Shown: piece by piece, positions 37,088 to 47,016 of the stretch | Position numbering within the stretch: the stretch's first letter is position 1 | Layout of the letters: each line of letters starts with the position of its first letter | NCBI RefSeq assembly: GCF_947490405.1 | Contig: NZ_CANLGU010000006.1 | Coordinates: 103,410-167,409 of the forward strand | Reading direction: 5' to 3' | DNA length: 64,000 nt | DNA from: an uncultured Algibacter sp. | GTDB lineage: Bacteria; Bacteroidota; Bacteroidia; Flavobacteriales; Flavobacteriaceae | Translations under genes and position numbers: made by a program | The notes under the pieces: model-generated | The model's input: only the letters and a program-made list of their open reading frames with translations | Told to the model about the DNA's origin: nothing | The model's database searches: none

Positions 37088-37678
37088 ATGAACCCTAACT
37101 TAATATTTCTAAACTCGTTTTTAGATGTGTCTGAAGAAACATTTTCTAAACTTACGGGAATAGCAACTTACAAAAAGCTTCGAGCTGGTGAGTTAATTGC
37201 CAGACCTGGCGAAATACCTAGTAAAATATATATGCTTACTACTGGAATGATGAGAGCATATTTAAGTACCGAAAACGGAAAAGAGTTTAATAAGAATTTT
37301 TTTATGCCTTTTAGTTTCGTTGGTGCTCTTACAGCTTTAATACAAAATCAACCTTCTAAACTTACATATGAAGCGCTTACTGAATGTAGTGTCTATGAAG
37401 TAAATTTTCATGATATTGAACAATTATGTAAGGAGGATATAACTATTAGTAACCTGTATAATAGAATCCTTGAGCACGTTTATATACGATATGAAGAGCG
37501 TCAGTTAGAACTCATATCTTTGGATGCAAAGGACAGATATCTAGCACTTCGTAAAAAAATTCCAAAAATAGACGAACTTATTCCTCAATATCAAATAGCA
37601 TCTTATTTGAGTATCACTCCGGTTCAGCTAAGTAGAATCAGAAGAAAAATCAAAAAGGATGATAAAAAAGGTAAATGA
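37088..37678 (+). CDS. Crp/Fnr-family regulator
   Basis: cNMP-binding domain (G.MRAY...GKE) and C-terminal HTH QYQIASYLSITPVQLSRIR. Confidence 0.9.
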   Translation: MNPNLIFLNSFLDVSEETFSKLTGIATYKKLRAGELIARPGEIPSKIYMLTTGMMRAYLSTENGKEFNKNFFMPFSFVGALTALIQNQPSKLTYEALTECSVYEVNFHDIEQLCKEDITISNLYNRILEHVYIRYEERQLELISLDAKDRYLALRKKIPKIDELIPQYQIASYLSITPVQLSRIRRKIKKDDKKGK

Positions 37679-37781
37679 AACGTTGCTAAAATCGAGTTGT
37701 AATTTAAATTAAAATTGTTTTTTACACCTAATTTAACAAATGTTAATATCAAAACGTGGAGTTAGTTATATATTTGACTCG

Positions 37782-37865
37782 ATTTCCTTTATGGATTACA
37801 ATTTACAAAGGATTGATAGCTAACCAACCAAAAAGACAGGTAAAATTATTTACCTGTCTTTTTTT
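37782..37865 (+). ncRNA. Candidate small RNA
   Basis: TATATTTG -7 element at 37769-37776, no ORF, 5' hairpin, CTAACCAACC motif, terminator at 37831-37865. Confidence 0.35.
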
Positions 37866-37889
37866 ATTATAATATAGTTTTTTGAGTTT

Positions 37890-39287
37890 TTATTTAAGAC
37901 TTCCTACCATGTCTTCAGGCTTTACCCAAGCATCATAATCTTCAGATGTTACATAACCTAAATTTATGGCTTCCTCTTTTAAAGTTGTACCATTTTTATG
38001 TGCTGTATTGGCAATTTCAGCAGCTTTATAGTAACCAATTTTGGTATTTAGAGCTGTTACTAACATCAAAGAGTTGTTTAATAATTTTTTGATAGTTTCA
38101 TGGTTAGGTTCAATACCTATAGCACAATTTTCTTCAAAACTTAAACAAGCATCTCCAATTAACTGAGCAGATTGTAATACATTGGCAGCCATAACAGGCT
38201 TAAAAACATTCAATTCATAATGCCCTTGTAATCCACCTACGGAAACTGCTACATCATTACCCATGACTTGAGCACAGACCATAGTTAAGGCTTCACACTG
38301 CGTTGGATTAACTTTTCCTGGCATAATTGAACTTCCTGGTTCGTTTGCAGGAATAATAATTTCACCAATTCCAGAACGCGGTCCAGAGGCCATCAATCTA
38401 ATGTCATTGGCTATTTTATTTAGGGATACGGCTAATTGCTTTAAGGCACCATGGGTTTCAACTAAAGCATCATGAGCAGCTAAAGCTTCAAATTTATTGG
38501 GAGCAGTTACAAAAGGTAATCCTGTAAATTCAGCAATGTATTCTGCAACTCTCTTACTGTATCCTTTAGGCGTGTTTAATCCTGTTCCAACTGCCGTTCC
38601 TCCTAATGCCAATTCACTTAAATGCGATAATGTGTTTTCTAAAGCTTTTAAACCATGGTCTAATTGAGCAACGTAACCAGATAATTCTTGTCCTAGAGTA
38701 ATTGGAGTAGCATCCATTAAATGTGTTCTCCCTATTTTAACGACATTTTTAAATGCTTTTGATTTTTCATTGAGTGTATCTCGTAATTTTTTTACCCCAG
38801 GAATAGTTGTTTCTACTACTTTCTTGTATGCGGCAATATGCATTCCAGTGGGAAAGGTATCATTTGATGATTGTGATTTGTTTACATCATCATTAGGCTG
38901 AATGGTTTTTTCACCTTCACCAATAGTTTTTCCTGCTATTTGATGCGCTCTATTAGCAATAACTTCGTTTACATTCATATTGCTCTGTGTTCCTGAACCT
39001 GTTTGCCAGATAACTAAAGGAAATTGATTGTCATGCTTTCCTTCTAAAATTTCATCACATACTTTAGCTATTAAATCACGTTTTTCTGGAGCTAATACAC
39101 CTAATTCACAGTTTGTATAAGCTGCAGCTTTTTTTAAGTATGCAAAACCATAAACAATTTCTAAAGGCATTGATGCAGTAGGTCCAATTTTAAAGTTATT
39201 CCTTGAGCGTTCAGTTTGTGCTCCCCAAAGTTTATCTGCGGGTACTTTTACCTCGCCCATAGTATCTTTTTCAATTCTGTGACTCAT
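37890..39287 (-). CDS. fumC: Fumarate hydratase class II
   Basis: [24 protein letters not shown]. Confidence 0.97.
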   Translation of the reverse strand: MSHRIEKDTMGEVKVPADKLWGAQTERSRNNFKIGPTASMPLEIVYGFAYLKKAAAYTNCELGVLAPEKRDLIAKVCDEILEGKHDNQFPLVIWQTGSGTQSNMNVNEVIANRAHQIAGKTIGEGEKTIQPNDDVNKSQSSNDTFPTGMHIAAYKKVVETTIPGVKKLRDTLNEKSKAFKNVVKIGRTHLMDATPITLGQELSGYVAQLDHGLKALENTLSHLSELALGGTAVGTGLNTPKGYSKRVAEYIAEFTGLPFVTAPNKFEALAAHDALVETHGALKQLAVSLNKIANDIRLMASGPRSGIGEIIIPANEPGSSIMPGKVNPTQCEALTMVCAQVMGNDVAVSVGGLQGHYELNVFKPVMAANVLQSAQLIGDACLSFEENCAIGIEPNHETIKKLLNNSLMLVTALNTKIGYYKAAEIANTAHKNGTTLKEEAINLGYVTSEDYDAWVKPEDMVGSLK

Positions 39288-39461
39288 CTTGATAGTGCTT
39301 AAATTTTAATTTGCTAAGGTAATTCATTTCGGCTTTTTTTAATTATGATTTTTGTTAGTTTTTTACAATATCTTTTTAACATTTAAATAACTGTAATAAT
39401 TATTTAAATCTATTAATTTAGTGGGGTTAATAAAAGTTACAAACACATTAAAAATAATATT

Positions 39462-40103
39462 ATGGCGACAATTAGGCTAGGGAATCAAGCTCCAAATTTT
39501 ACTGCAGAGTCCACTGAAGGGACAATTAATTTTCATGAATGGTTAGGAGATAGTTGGGGGATTTTGTTTTCTCATCCAGCAGATTATACTCCAGTTTGCA
39601 CAACAGAATTAGGTACTGTTGCTAAATACAAAGATGAATTTGATAAACGTAATGTAAAAGTAGTTGCATTAAGTGTTGATGGATTAGATTCCCATAATGG
39701 TTGGATAAAAGATATTAATGAAACTCAAAATACAACAGTGAATTTTCCGATAATAGCTGATGAGGATAGACATGTTTCTGAATTGTATGATATGATTCAT
39801 CCTAATGCTGATAGCAAGTTAACAGTGCGTTCTGTTTTTGTAATTGATGATAATAAAAAAGTAAAACTTATTATTACATATCCAGCATCAACTGGTAGGA
39901 ATTTTAATGAGTTACTTCGTGTTATTGATTCTTTACAATTAACGGCTTATCATAAAGTAGCGACACCAGCAAACTGGAATAATGGTGACGATTGTGTAGT
40001 AGTTCCTGCTGTAGCCACTAAAGATATACCAAATATTTTTCCGAAAGGGTATAAGGAGGTTAAGCCTTATTTGCGTATGACACCACAACCAAATTTGGAC
40101 TAG
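39462..40103 (+). CDS. 1-Cys peroxiredoxin (Prx6)
   Basis: FSHPADYTPVCTTE, YPASTGRNF, VATPANW. Confidence 0.95.
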   Translation: MATIRLGNQAPNFTAESTEGTINFHEWLGDSWGILFSHPADYTPVCTTELGTVAKYKDEFDKRNVKVVALSVDGLDSHNGWIKDINETQNTTVNFPIIADEDRHVSELYDMIHPNADSKLTVRSVFVIDDNKKVKLIITYPASTGRNFNELLRVIDSLQLTAYHKVATPANWNNGDDCVVVPAVATKDIPNIFPKGYKEVKPYLRMTPQPNLD

Positions 40104-40196
40104 TTAAAAAGTCTGTTAATAATTTTACTTTTGGTATTGTGTAGAAATACACTTTGCATTATCTTTGCATAAGATTTTTAAAACACAATCTTTACT

Positions 40197-40370
40197 ATGT
40201 TTGAATTTGACCAGTATTTAGGTTTTTTGGCATTCTTAACTATTTTAACAATAGGTTTTTGGTTAATGATATTTTTATTAACATTCGTAATCCCTTATTG
40301 GATTGGAGGCTCTTTAATCGAAAGATTAAAGGAGATAAGAGAAGAAAAGAAAGCTAAACGACAAGCATAA
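40197..40370 (+). CDS. Small membrane protein (57 aa), not in ORF track
   Basis: MFEFDQYLGFLAFLTILTIGFWLMIFLLTFVIPYW...KRQA*; TATCTTTG -7 element upstream and terminator downstream. Confidence 0.7.
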   Translation: MFEFDQYLGFLAFLTILTIGFWLMIFLLTFVIPYWIGGSLIERLKEIREEKKAKRQA

Positions 40371-40384
40371 TAAGAATTAAATAT

Positions 40385-40418
40385 AAAAAAGGAAGCTATT
40401 TTAGCTTCCTTTTTTTTT
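40385..40418. terminator. Bidirectional intrinsic terminator
   Basis: AAAAAAGGAAGCTA-TTT-TAGCTTCCTTTTTTTT. Confidence 0.8.
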
Positions 40419-40439
40419 GATTATAAATTTCAGGAGTAA

Positions 40440-40781
40440 TTACAAAATTGAAGATATAAGCTCTGGTGGTCTTCCAATTAGGGCTTTTTTGCCATTAATT
40501 ACAATTGGTCGCTCAATGAGTTTTGGGTATTTTACCATAGCAGAAATAATTTCAGAATCATTTAGTTCTTTATTTTTAAAGTTTTCTTTCCATATGGCTT
40601 CATTTTTTCTAACTAATTGTATGGGTTTTATCTTGAGTAACTCAATAATATCCTTAAGTTCTTTTGCAGACGGAACATTTTCTAAATACTTAATAACTTG
40701 AAATTTTTTTCCAGACTTCTCTAAAATTTCTAAGCCACATCTAGATTTAGAACATCTGTTATTATGATATATTTTAATCAT
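40440..40781 (-). CDS. arsC: ArsC/Spx/MgsR family protein
   Basis: YHNNRCSKSR, LIERPIV. Confidence 0.85.
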   Translation of the reverse strand: MIKIYHNNRCSKSRCGLEILEKSGKKFQVIKYLENVPSAKELKDIIELLKIKPIQLVRKNEAIWKENFKNKELNDSEIISAMVKYPKLIERPIVINGKKALIGRPPELISSIL

Positions 40782-41400
40782 TAATATTAATATTATATGT
40801 TGTTTTTAATTCTTTGATAAGTTGGTCTGGAGATTTAAATTGAATACCATTGATACCAAGGTTTTTTGCAGCTTCAATATTTCTTAAATTATCATCAATA
40901 AAAATAGCATTTTCAGCATTTATATTAAATCTTTCTAATGTGAGATTATAAATCTCATCAAAAGGTTTTCGTGTTTTTTCTTCACCAGAAACGATAATAC
41001 CCTCAAACCACTGTAAAAACTCAAAACGCTCGAGAGCAATAGGGAAGGTTTCTGCACTCCAATTAGTTAATGCTACAACTTTGTAGTCATTAGTATTAAT
41101 CAAATGTTTTAAAATGGCTACGGTACCAGCTATCGCATTGCCCAACATGTCTTCCCATCTTCCATAAAACATGCGTATTTCTTTTTCGTATTCAGGAAAT
41201 AAAGCAACACGATCTTCGGTGGCTTTAGCCATGGGATAACCTGCATCCTGATTTTCATTCCAATCGCTAGTACAAATATTATCAAAAAACCATTGCATTT
41301 TTTTTCGGTTTCCTTTAAATACATCTAGAAATACATACTCTGGATTCCAATCGATTAAAACACCTCCTAGATCAAATATTATCGTATTAATTTTGTTCAT
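40774..41400 (-). CDS. HAD-family phosphatase
   Basis: FDLGGV, LTNW, RKP, FIDD. Confidence 0.9.
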   Translation of the reverse strand: MNKINTIIFDLGGVLIDWNPEYVFLDVFKGNRKKMQWFFDNICTSDWNENQDAGYPMAKATEDRVALFPEYEKEIRMFYGRWEDMLGNAIAGTVAILKHLINTNDYKVVALTNWSAETFPIALERFEFLQWFEGIIVSGEEKTRKPFDEIYNLTLERFNINAENAIFIDDNLRNIEAAKNLGINGIQFKSPDQLIKELKTTYNININD

Positions 41401-42507
41401 AATTGATTATCATCTTCAACTTGTTGTCCCATCATCATTAAATATGATTTAAGAAATTCATCAATTTGTCCATCCATTACCGCATCAACATTACCTGTTT
41501 CATGAGATGTTCTAACATCTTTGACTAGTTTGTAAGGATGCATCACATAATTCCTTATTTGGCTTCCCCATTCAATTTTCATTTTGCCAGCTTCAATATC
41601 ATCACGTTGTGAAAGTTGCTTTTGAAGTTCTATTTCATAGAGTTGAGATTTTAGCATTTGCATGGCTCTGGCTCTATTGTCATGTTGAGAACGCGTTTCA
41701 GAACACGATATTTGAATACCTGATGGTTTATGAGTAAGTTGGACCTTCGTTTCAACTTTATTCACGTTTTGACCACCAGCACCACTTGAGCGTGCCGTAG
41801 TTATCTCGATATCTGCTGGGTTTATTTCAATTTCTATAGTATCGTCAACCAACGGGTAAACATAAACAGAAGCAAAACTTGTGTGTCGTTTTGCATTACT
41901 ATCAAAAGGCGATATTCTAACCAAACGATGCACACCGTTTTCTCCTTTAAGCCATCCAAATGCAAAATCACCTTCAATTTCCAAAGTTACTGTTTTAATG
42001 CCTGCTACATCACCTTCTTGATAGTTGAGATCTTTAACTTTAAACCCACTTTTTTCGGCATACATCAAATACATTCTCATGAGCATGTTAGCCCAATCAC
42101 AGCTTTCAGTTCCACCAGCACCTGCTGTAATTTGCAGTACAGCACTTAAATTATCACCTTCTTCAGAAAGCATGTTTCTAAACTCGATATCTTCTATGAG
42201 TATAGCAGCTTTATTGTATCTTTTTTCTAAATCTTCAGCAGTAGATTCACCTTCTTTAAAAAACTCATAGATAACTTCAAGATCTTCAATAAGTGTTTTT
42301 AGATCTTTGTAGTCTTGAACCCATTTTTTCTTTACACGAAGTGATTTCATAATAACTTCAGCAGCTTTAGGGTCGTTCCAGAAATTTGGATCGAAGGTTT
42401 GTTCTTCTTCGTTTTGTATTTCAATTAATTTGGCATCTATGTCAAAGATAGTGCCTTAGTTTGTCTAGGCGGGTATTAAGATCTTTAATTTGATCTGATG
42501 TTATCAT
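41397..42507 (-). CDS. prfB: Peptide chain release factor 2 with programmed +1 frameshift
   Basis: ATG at 42507 reads 21 codons to CTT-TGA-C (42447-42441). The +1 frame continues DIDAK... into SPF and GGQ motifs. Confidence 0.96.
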
Positions 42508-42643
42508 ATCTAATTTGTTTTTAACAAAAATAGGCATCTGAATGAATTCAAGACTAATTTTTATAAAGAAAATAATTTAGTGACAAAAAAGTACTTAAAA
42601 GCTTTTTTTGTTTATTTGTTAACCAGTTTATTTATAAAATTAG

Positions 42644-43954
42644 ATGACAAAGTTATTAGAGATAATTAGGTATCATTCATTTTGGGTTATTGATTTTTTT
42701 AAAGGGTCAAAAGTTAAATCTCATTATAAACAAATTAAGTTTGTTTTAGAAAATTATCATAGTGATAAATCTATAGAAAAAAGAAATCAGTATTTAAATA
42801 ATTTGCTTAGTCATGCTAAGCATAATGTCCCTTTTTATGAGTCATATAAAGGCTCTAAATCTATATCAGATTTCCCTATTGTAAATAAATTAATTCTGAG
42901 GGAATCAATGAATCAGTTTATTTCTGAGAACTATAGAGCCAAGGACAGTTTTGAAGTTAGCACAAGTGGCTCCACAGGAACCCCTTTTTTAGTCTTACAA
43001 GATAAAAATAAGAAGCATAGGAATACAGCTGACACCCTATACTTTGGCGAAAAGTCAGGTTATAGAATAGGACAAAAATTATTTTACATACGAGCCTGGG
43101 GTAATTTATTAACCAAAAGTAGACTTGCTTCTTTCTTACAGAATATAATAACTATTAATGTTAAAAATTTAGACACATCATCTATACCTCAGATTATTAA
43201 TAAAATTGAGGCAGGAAGTTCAAACAAAGCATTTATTGGGTATCCTTCAGCCTTCAGAGAAATTTGTAAATATTTAGATTCTATAAATGCAAAACCTTTT
43301 AAGGCAAATATTACTTCTATTATTGCCAATGCCGAACCTTTAAGTGAAAAAACTAAAAAAACTATAAAAAAATATTTCGGTATTGATGCACTATCGCGCT
43401 ATTCAAACATGGAAAACGGTATATTATCTCAGCAAATAAAAAATGAAGGGGAGTATTTCCATATTAATTGGGCAAGTTATTATATCGAGATTTTAGATAT
43501 TAATGAGGATGTACCAGTTAAATATGGAGATATTGGTCGCGTTGTAGTTACTGATTTATTTAATTTCCATATGCCTTTAATTAGATATGATACTGGTGAT
43601 TTGGCTGTAATGAATATTGATAAAAATAGTTTTAATGGTGCACCTTCTTTTTTTAAGGTTGAAGGGAGAAGAATGGATACCATTTATGATACACAAGGAA
43701 GAATTATGACGACTGTTGTTTATGAATTGGAATATTTTCCAGAATTTAAGCAGTTTCAGTTTATTCAAGAAGGAGAAAAAAAGTATCGGGTTAAAATAAA
43801 TATAGATGGGGTTTTTAAGCGTGAACAAGAAATGATAAATCTTCTAAAATCATACTTAGGAGATAATGCTGAAATACAAGTTGAATATGTTGATGAAATC
43901 CCTCAATTGTCCTCTGGTAAAAGAAAATTAACATTGAATAAATATAAAACTTAA
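42644..43954 (+). CDS. CapK/phenylacetate-CoA-ligase-like ANL adenylating enzyme
   Basis: STSGSTGTP, RYSNMENG, PLIRYDTGD, GRR. Confidence 0.85.
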   Translation: MTKLLEIIRYHSFWVIDFFKGSKVKSHYKQIKFVLENYHSDKSIEKRNQYLNNLLSHAKHNVPFYESYKGSKSISDFPIVNKLILRESMNQFISENYRAKDSFEVSTSGSTGTPFLVLQDKNKKHRNTADTLYFGEKSGYRIGQKLFYIRAWGNLLTKSRLASFLQNIITINVKNLDTSSIPQIINKIEAGSSNKAFIGYPSAFREICKYLDSINAKPFKANITSIIANAEPLSEKTKKTIKKYFGIDALSRYSNMENGILSQQIKNEGEYFHINWASYYIEILDINEDVPVKYGDIGRVVVTDLFNFHMPLIRYDTGDLAVMNIDKNSFNGAPSFFKVEGRRMDTIYDTQGRIMTTVVYELEYFPEFKQFQFIQEGEKKYRVKINIDGVFKREQEMINLLKSYLGDNAEIQVEYVDEIPQLSSGKRKLTLNKYKT

Positions 43955-44013
43955 GCTATTTTAAGTTTAAAATTAATGATAATTTTAATCCCTAATTCAT
44001 AAAGCATATTGAA

Positions 44014-45033
44014 ATGATTATTGATTTAAGAAGTGATACAGTAACAAAGCCAACTCCCAAAATGTTGCAATCCATGATTAGTGCTGAAGTAGGAGACGAT
44101 GTTTTTAGGGAAGATCCAACAATAAATAAACTAGAAAATAAAGTAGCTAAAATGTTTGGAAAAGAAAAGGCATTGTTTTTTCCAAGTGGCACTATGGCTA
44201 ATCAAACAGCAATTAAGCTGCATACAAACCCTGGCGATCAGATTATATGTGATAAATATGCGCACATATATAATTATGAATCTGGAGGAGCATCTTTTAA
44301 TAGTGGGGTATCTTGTAAATTGATTGATGGCGACAGAGGTATGTTTACTGCAAAACAAGTAGAACAAGCTATAAATCCAAAAGCTTATTATTATAGTAAA
44401 ACTAGTTTAGTTGAAATTGAAAATACAACAAACAAAGGTGGAGGGGCCTGTTGGGATTTTGATGAAATTAAAAAGATTAAGGAGGTTTGTGAAAATTATA
44501 AGTTAGGCTTTCATCTAGATGGAGCTCGTTTGTGGAATGCTTTAGTTGAGAAAAATGAGACACCCAAGCAGTACGGAGAAGTTTTCGATACTATTTCAGT
44601 TTGTTTAAGTAAAGGATTGGGCTGTCCAGTTGGTTCTATTTTAATTGGGAGTTCTGATATTATGGATAAAGCAATTAGGCTTAGAAAGATTTTTGGAGGA
44701 AATATGCGTCAAGCTGGATACCTAGCAGCTGCAGGTCTATATGCTCTTGAAAATAATATAGAGAAACTGAAAGAGGACCATATAAAAGCAAAAGAGATAG
44801 CAACTGAATTAACCAAACTCCCTATTATTAAAGTTGTTGAACCAGTTGAAACTAACATTGTAATTTTTGAACTCAATGCAGATATAGATGAAAGTAAGTT
44901 TTTAAAAAAATTATCTGAAAGAGATATTTATATAATTAGCATGGGTAGTGGTAAACTCAGAATTGTTACACATTTAGATTACACAAAAGTAAAACATAGT
45001 AAGTTTTTAAAGCTTTTGCCAGATTTTTTTTAA
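44014..45033 (+). CDS. ltaE: Low-specificity L-threonine aldolase
   Basis: DLRSDTVT, SGTMANQ, HLDGAR, CLSKGLG. Confidence 0.92.
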   Translation: MIIDLRSDTVTKPTPKMLQSMISAEVGDDVFREDPTINKLENKVAKMFGKEKALFFPSGTMANQTAIKLHTNPGDQIICDKYAHIYNYESGGASFNSGVSCKLIDGDRGMFTAKQVEQAINPKAYYYSKTSLVEIENTTNKGGGACWDFDEIKKIKEVCENYKLGFHLDGARLWNALVEKNETPKQYGEVFDTISVCLSKGLGCPVGSILIGSSDIMDKAIRLRKIFGGNMRQAGYLAAAGLYALENNIEKLKEDHIKAKEIATELTKLPIIKVVEPVETNIVIFELNADIDESKFLKKLSERDIYIISMGSGKLRIVTHLDYTKVKHSKFLKLLPDFF

Positions 45034-45132
45034 TTCTAAGGTACAAAAAAAGGAATCCATGTTAAAATGGATTCCTTTAATAGTTATTCGTGTCATAATG
45101 ACCATTCTACATTTATTGTAGCTAACAGGTCA

Positions 45133-46320
45133 TTACCACCAGTATCTTATACAATGTTCTGGCTCAACATAATCACAAAGCTCACCTCCATGACTACTTT
45201 CACCACTAATTACATTAAATACACCTCTAAAATATCCAGGTCCAATTTTAGTATCGCAATTAGTTTTAATTTTTGTGTAGTAACAATTGTTGATGTATAT
45301 ATAAATATAACTACCAAAAGTTCCATCATGATTTTTTCCTGAGATATTAATTATCTCACCAGGTTGAGCATATCTATTACAGTAAACTCTTTTTCCGTAA
45401 CATGTATTCTCATATCTTTGAACAATATCGATTTTCTTAGTATTGTGCCAATCAAATTCTAATTCTAACTTAGTAACTTTTCCTTCACAATCACTACAAG
45501 GGATTTCTTTTTCTGGAACATCAACCATATAAATAATTGATTGTTTTCTCTCTTCAGGAACCAAAACTAAAGCTACTTTTTGACCACATCCAGGAACAAA
45601 ATCTTGACCGTTATCTAATGCAGCCTGAACAATTTCCATACCTTTAGCTTCTTCTTCTGGTCTAGTTAAAAACCATTGACCAGTTGGGTCTGTTAAATAT
45701 GTACATAAAGCACAGTTTCTATCATCAATAAGTTCCCAAATAGCCCATTGTACATGACCATATGTATAAGTACCACCACTTGGACTTGCTTCTCCTATAA
45801 ATGTTTGATTTAATATCCAGTTTACAAGATCAAAATTATCTACATTTTCAAATAATCCCTCAGGAAGTACTTCATAACTTGAATATACATCAAAGTTAAG
45901 AGGTCCTTCAACACCTAAATCTAAATCTACATCAACACACCATCCTTCCAAACTAGCATCAGCTAAGCTAGAGTCATTAATGTCAAATTCAAAATAAGAA
46001 TTAGGCCCAGGATTAGAAGTCGTTGTTACACTTATAGTTTCAGGTAAACTTAACTCTAAAGCTTCAAGGTCAGGAGTACATTCCGCACTTGAAAGACTAC
46101 TTGAAGTAGAAAATGTAAGTGCTGGAGCTGGCATTTCAGCATTTAAATCTTGGTTTAGAACGAATGTTTCGTCTTCTTCCCCATCAGAGACTAAGATTTG
46201 GTCTTCCATAGAAAGTTCTTCTTCAACGATTGAAGAGGCACCCTCGTTTAGTGTCTCATTCTGACACGAAGCTAATACAACAAGTATAGCTAATAAAAAT
46301 AATTTGGTAAGATTTTTCAT
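45133..46320 (-). CDS. Surface lipoprotein with thioester-domain-like motifs and Cys-rich C-terminal domain
   Basis: Lipobox LASC; GWCVD, HVQWAIW and KQSII motifs. Confidence 0.65.
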   Translation of the reverse strand: MKNLTKLFLLAILVVLASCQNETLNEGASSIVEEELSMEDQILVSDGEEDETFVLNQDLNAEMPAPALTFSTSSSLSSAECTPDLEALELSLPETISVTTTSNPGPNSYFEFDINDSSLADASLEGWCVDVDLDLGVEGPLNFDVYSSYEVLPEGLFENVDNFDLVNWILNQTFIGEASPSGGTYTYGHVQWAIWELIDDRNCALCTYLTDPTGQWFLTRPEEEAKGMEIVQAALDNGQDFVPGCGQKVALVLVPEERKQSIIYMVDVPEKEIPCSDCEGKVTKLELEFDWHNTKKIDIVQRYENTCYGKRVYCNRYAQPGEIINISGKNHDGTFGSYIYIYINNCYYTKIKTNCDTKIGPGYFRGVFNVISGESSHGGELCDYVEPEHCIRYWW

Positions 46321-46606
46321 AATATAAAATTAGTTTTTTACAATTTACAATTACAAATATATCGGATGACGTCTTTGAGAGTTGTTTTTTTAGACTAAAT
46401 ACCAAACTTTTAGATTTATGAAATTTTGCTTACACTTTGTCGGTTTTATTTACATTTAATAAGGTTTTAGAAACTTTTTTTAGAACTCTGCAAGCTTAGT
46501 TATTATGATGAAACAATTAAATTCATAATTACATATACTTCTATATGCGAATCTTGTGTTAAATTGAATATTTATTTAAATATGTAGCAAGAAATTTGCT
46601 TAAATA

Positions 46607-46930
46607 CTATTTAAACAAATCCATACCAGGAATATTAGGCATCCCTTCTTTAGCTACTGCCCCCAATTCAGTTTCATTCACATTTGTTGCTTTTTCTATG
46701 GCTTTATTAAGGGTAAGTATAAGATAATCTTCAAGTTGTTCCTTATCTTTAAGTAAATCATCATCAATTTCAATAGACTTTATGGTTCTATTGGCTGTTA
46801 AAGTAATTTTAAGTTTGTTATCGTTACTAGATTCATCAACTAAAACAGTATCTAAACGTTTTTTTGTTTCCTCAACTTTTTTTTGGGTTTCTTTAAGTTT
46901 GCCCATCATACTCATCATATCTCCAAACAT
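46607..46930 (-). CDS. YbaB/EbfC nucleoid-associated protein
   Basis: [16 protein letters not shown]...[12 protein letters not shown]; likely start 46930. Confidence 0.9.
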   Translation of the reverse strand: MFGDMMSMMGKLKETQKKVEETKKRLDTVLVDESSNDNKLKITLTANRTIKSIEIDDDLLKDKEQLEDYLILTLNKAIEKATNVNETELGAVAKEGMPNIPGMDLFK

Positions 46931-47016
46931 AATTTTAAATTTAAAAATTAGAATTACAAAGCTATTTAATTTTTCTATTTTTGAAGGCTTAATTTTTAAG
47001 TTTAAACTTACTTTCA

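Noticed and set aside
41397-42507. prfB as a pseudogene
   Set aside because: The internal stop is the canonical CTT-TGA-C programmed frameshift.
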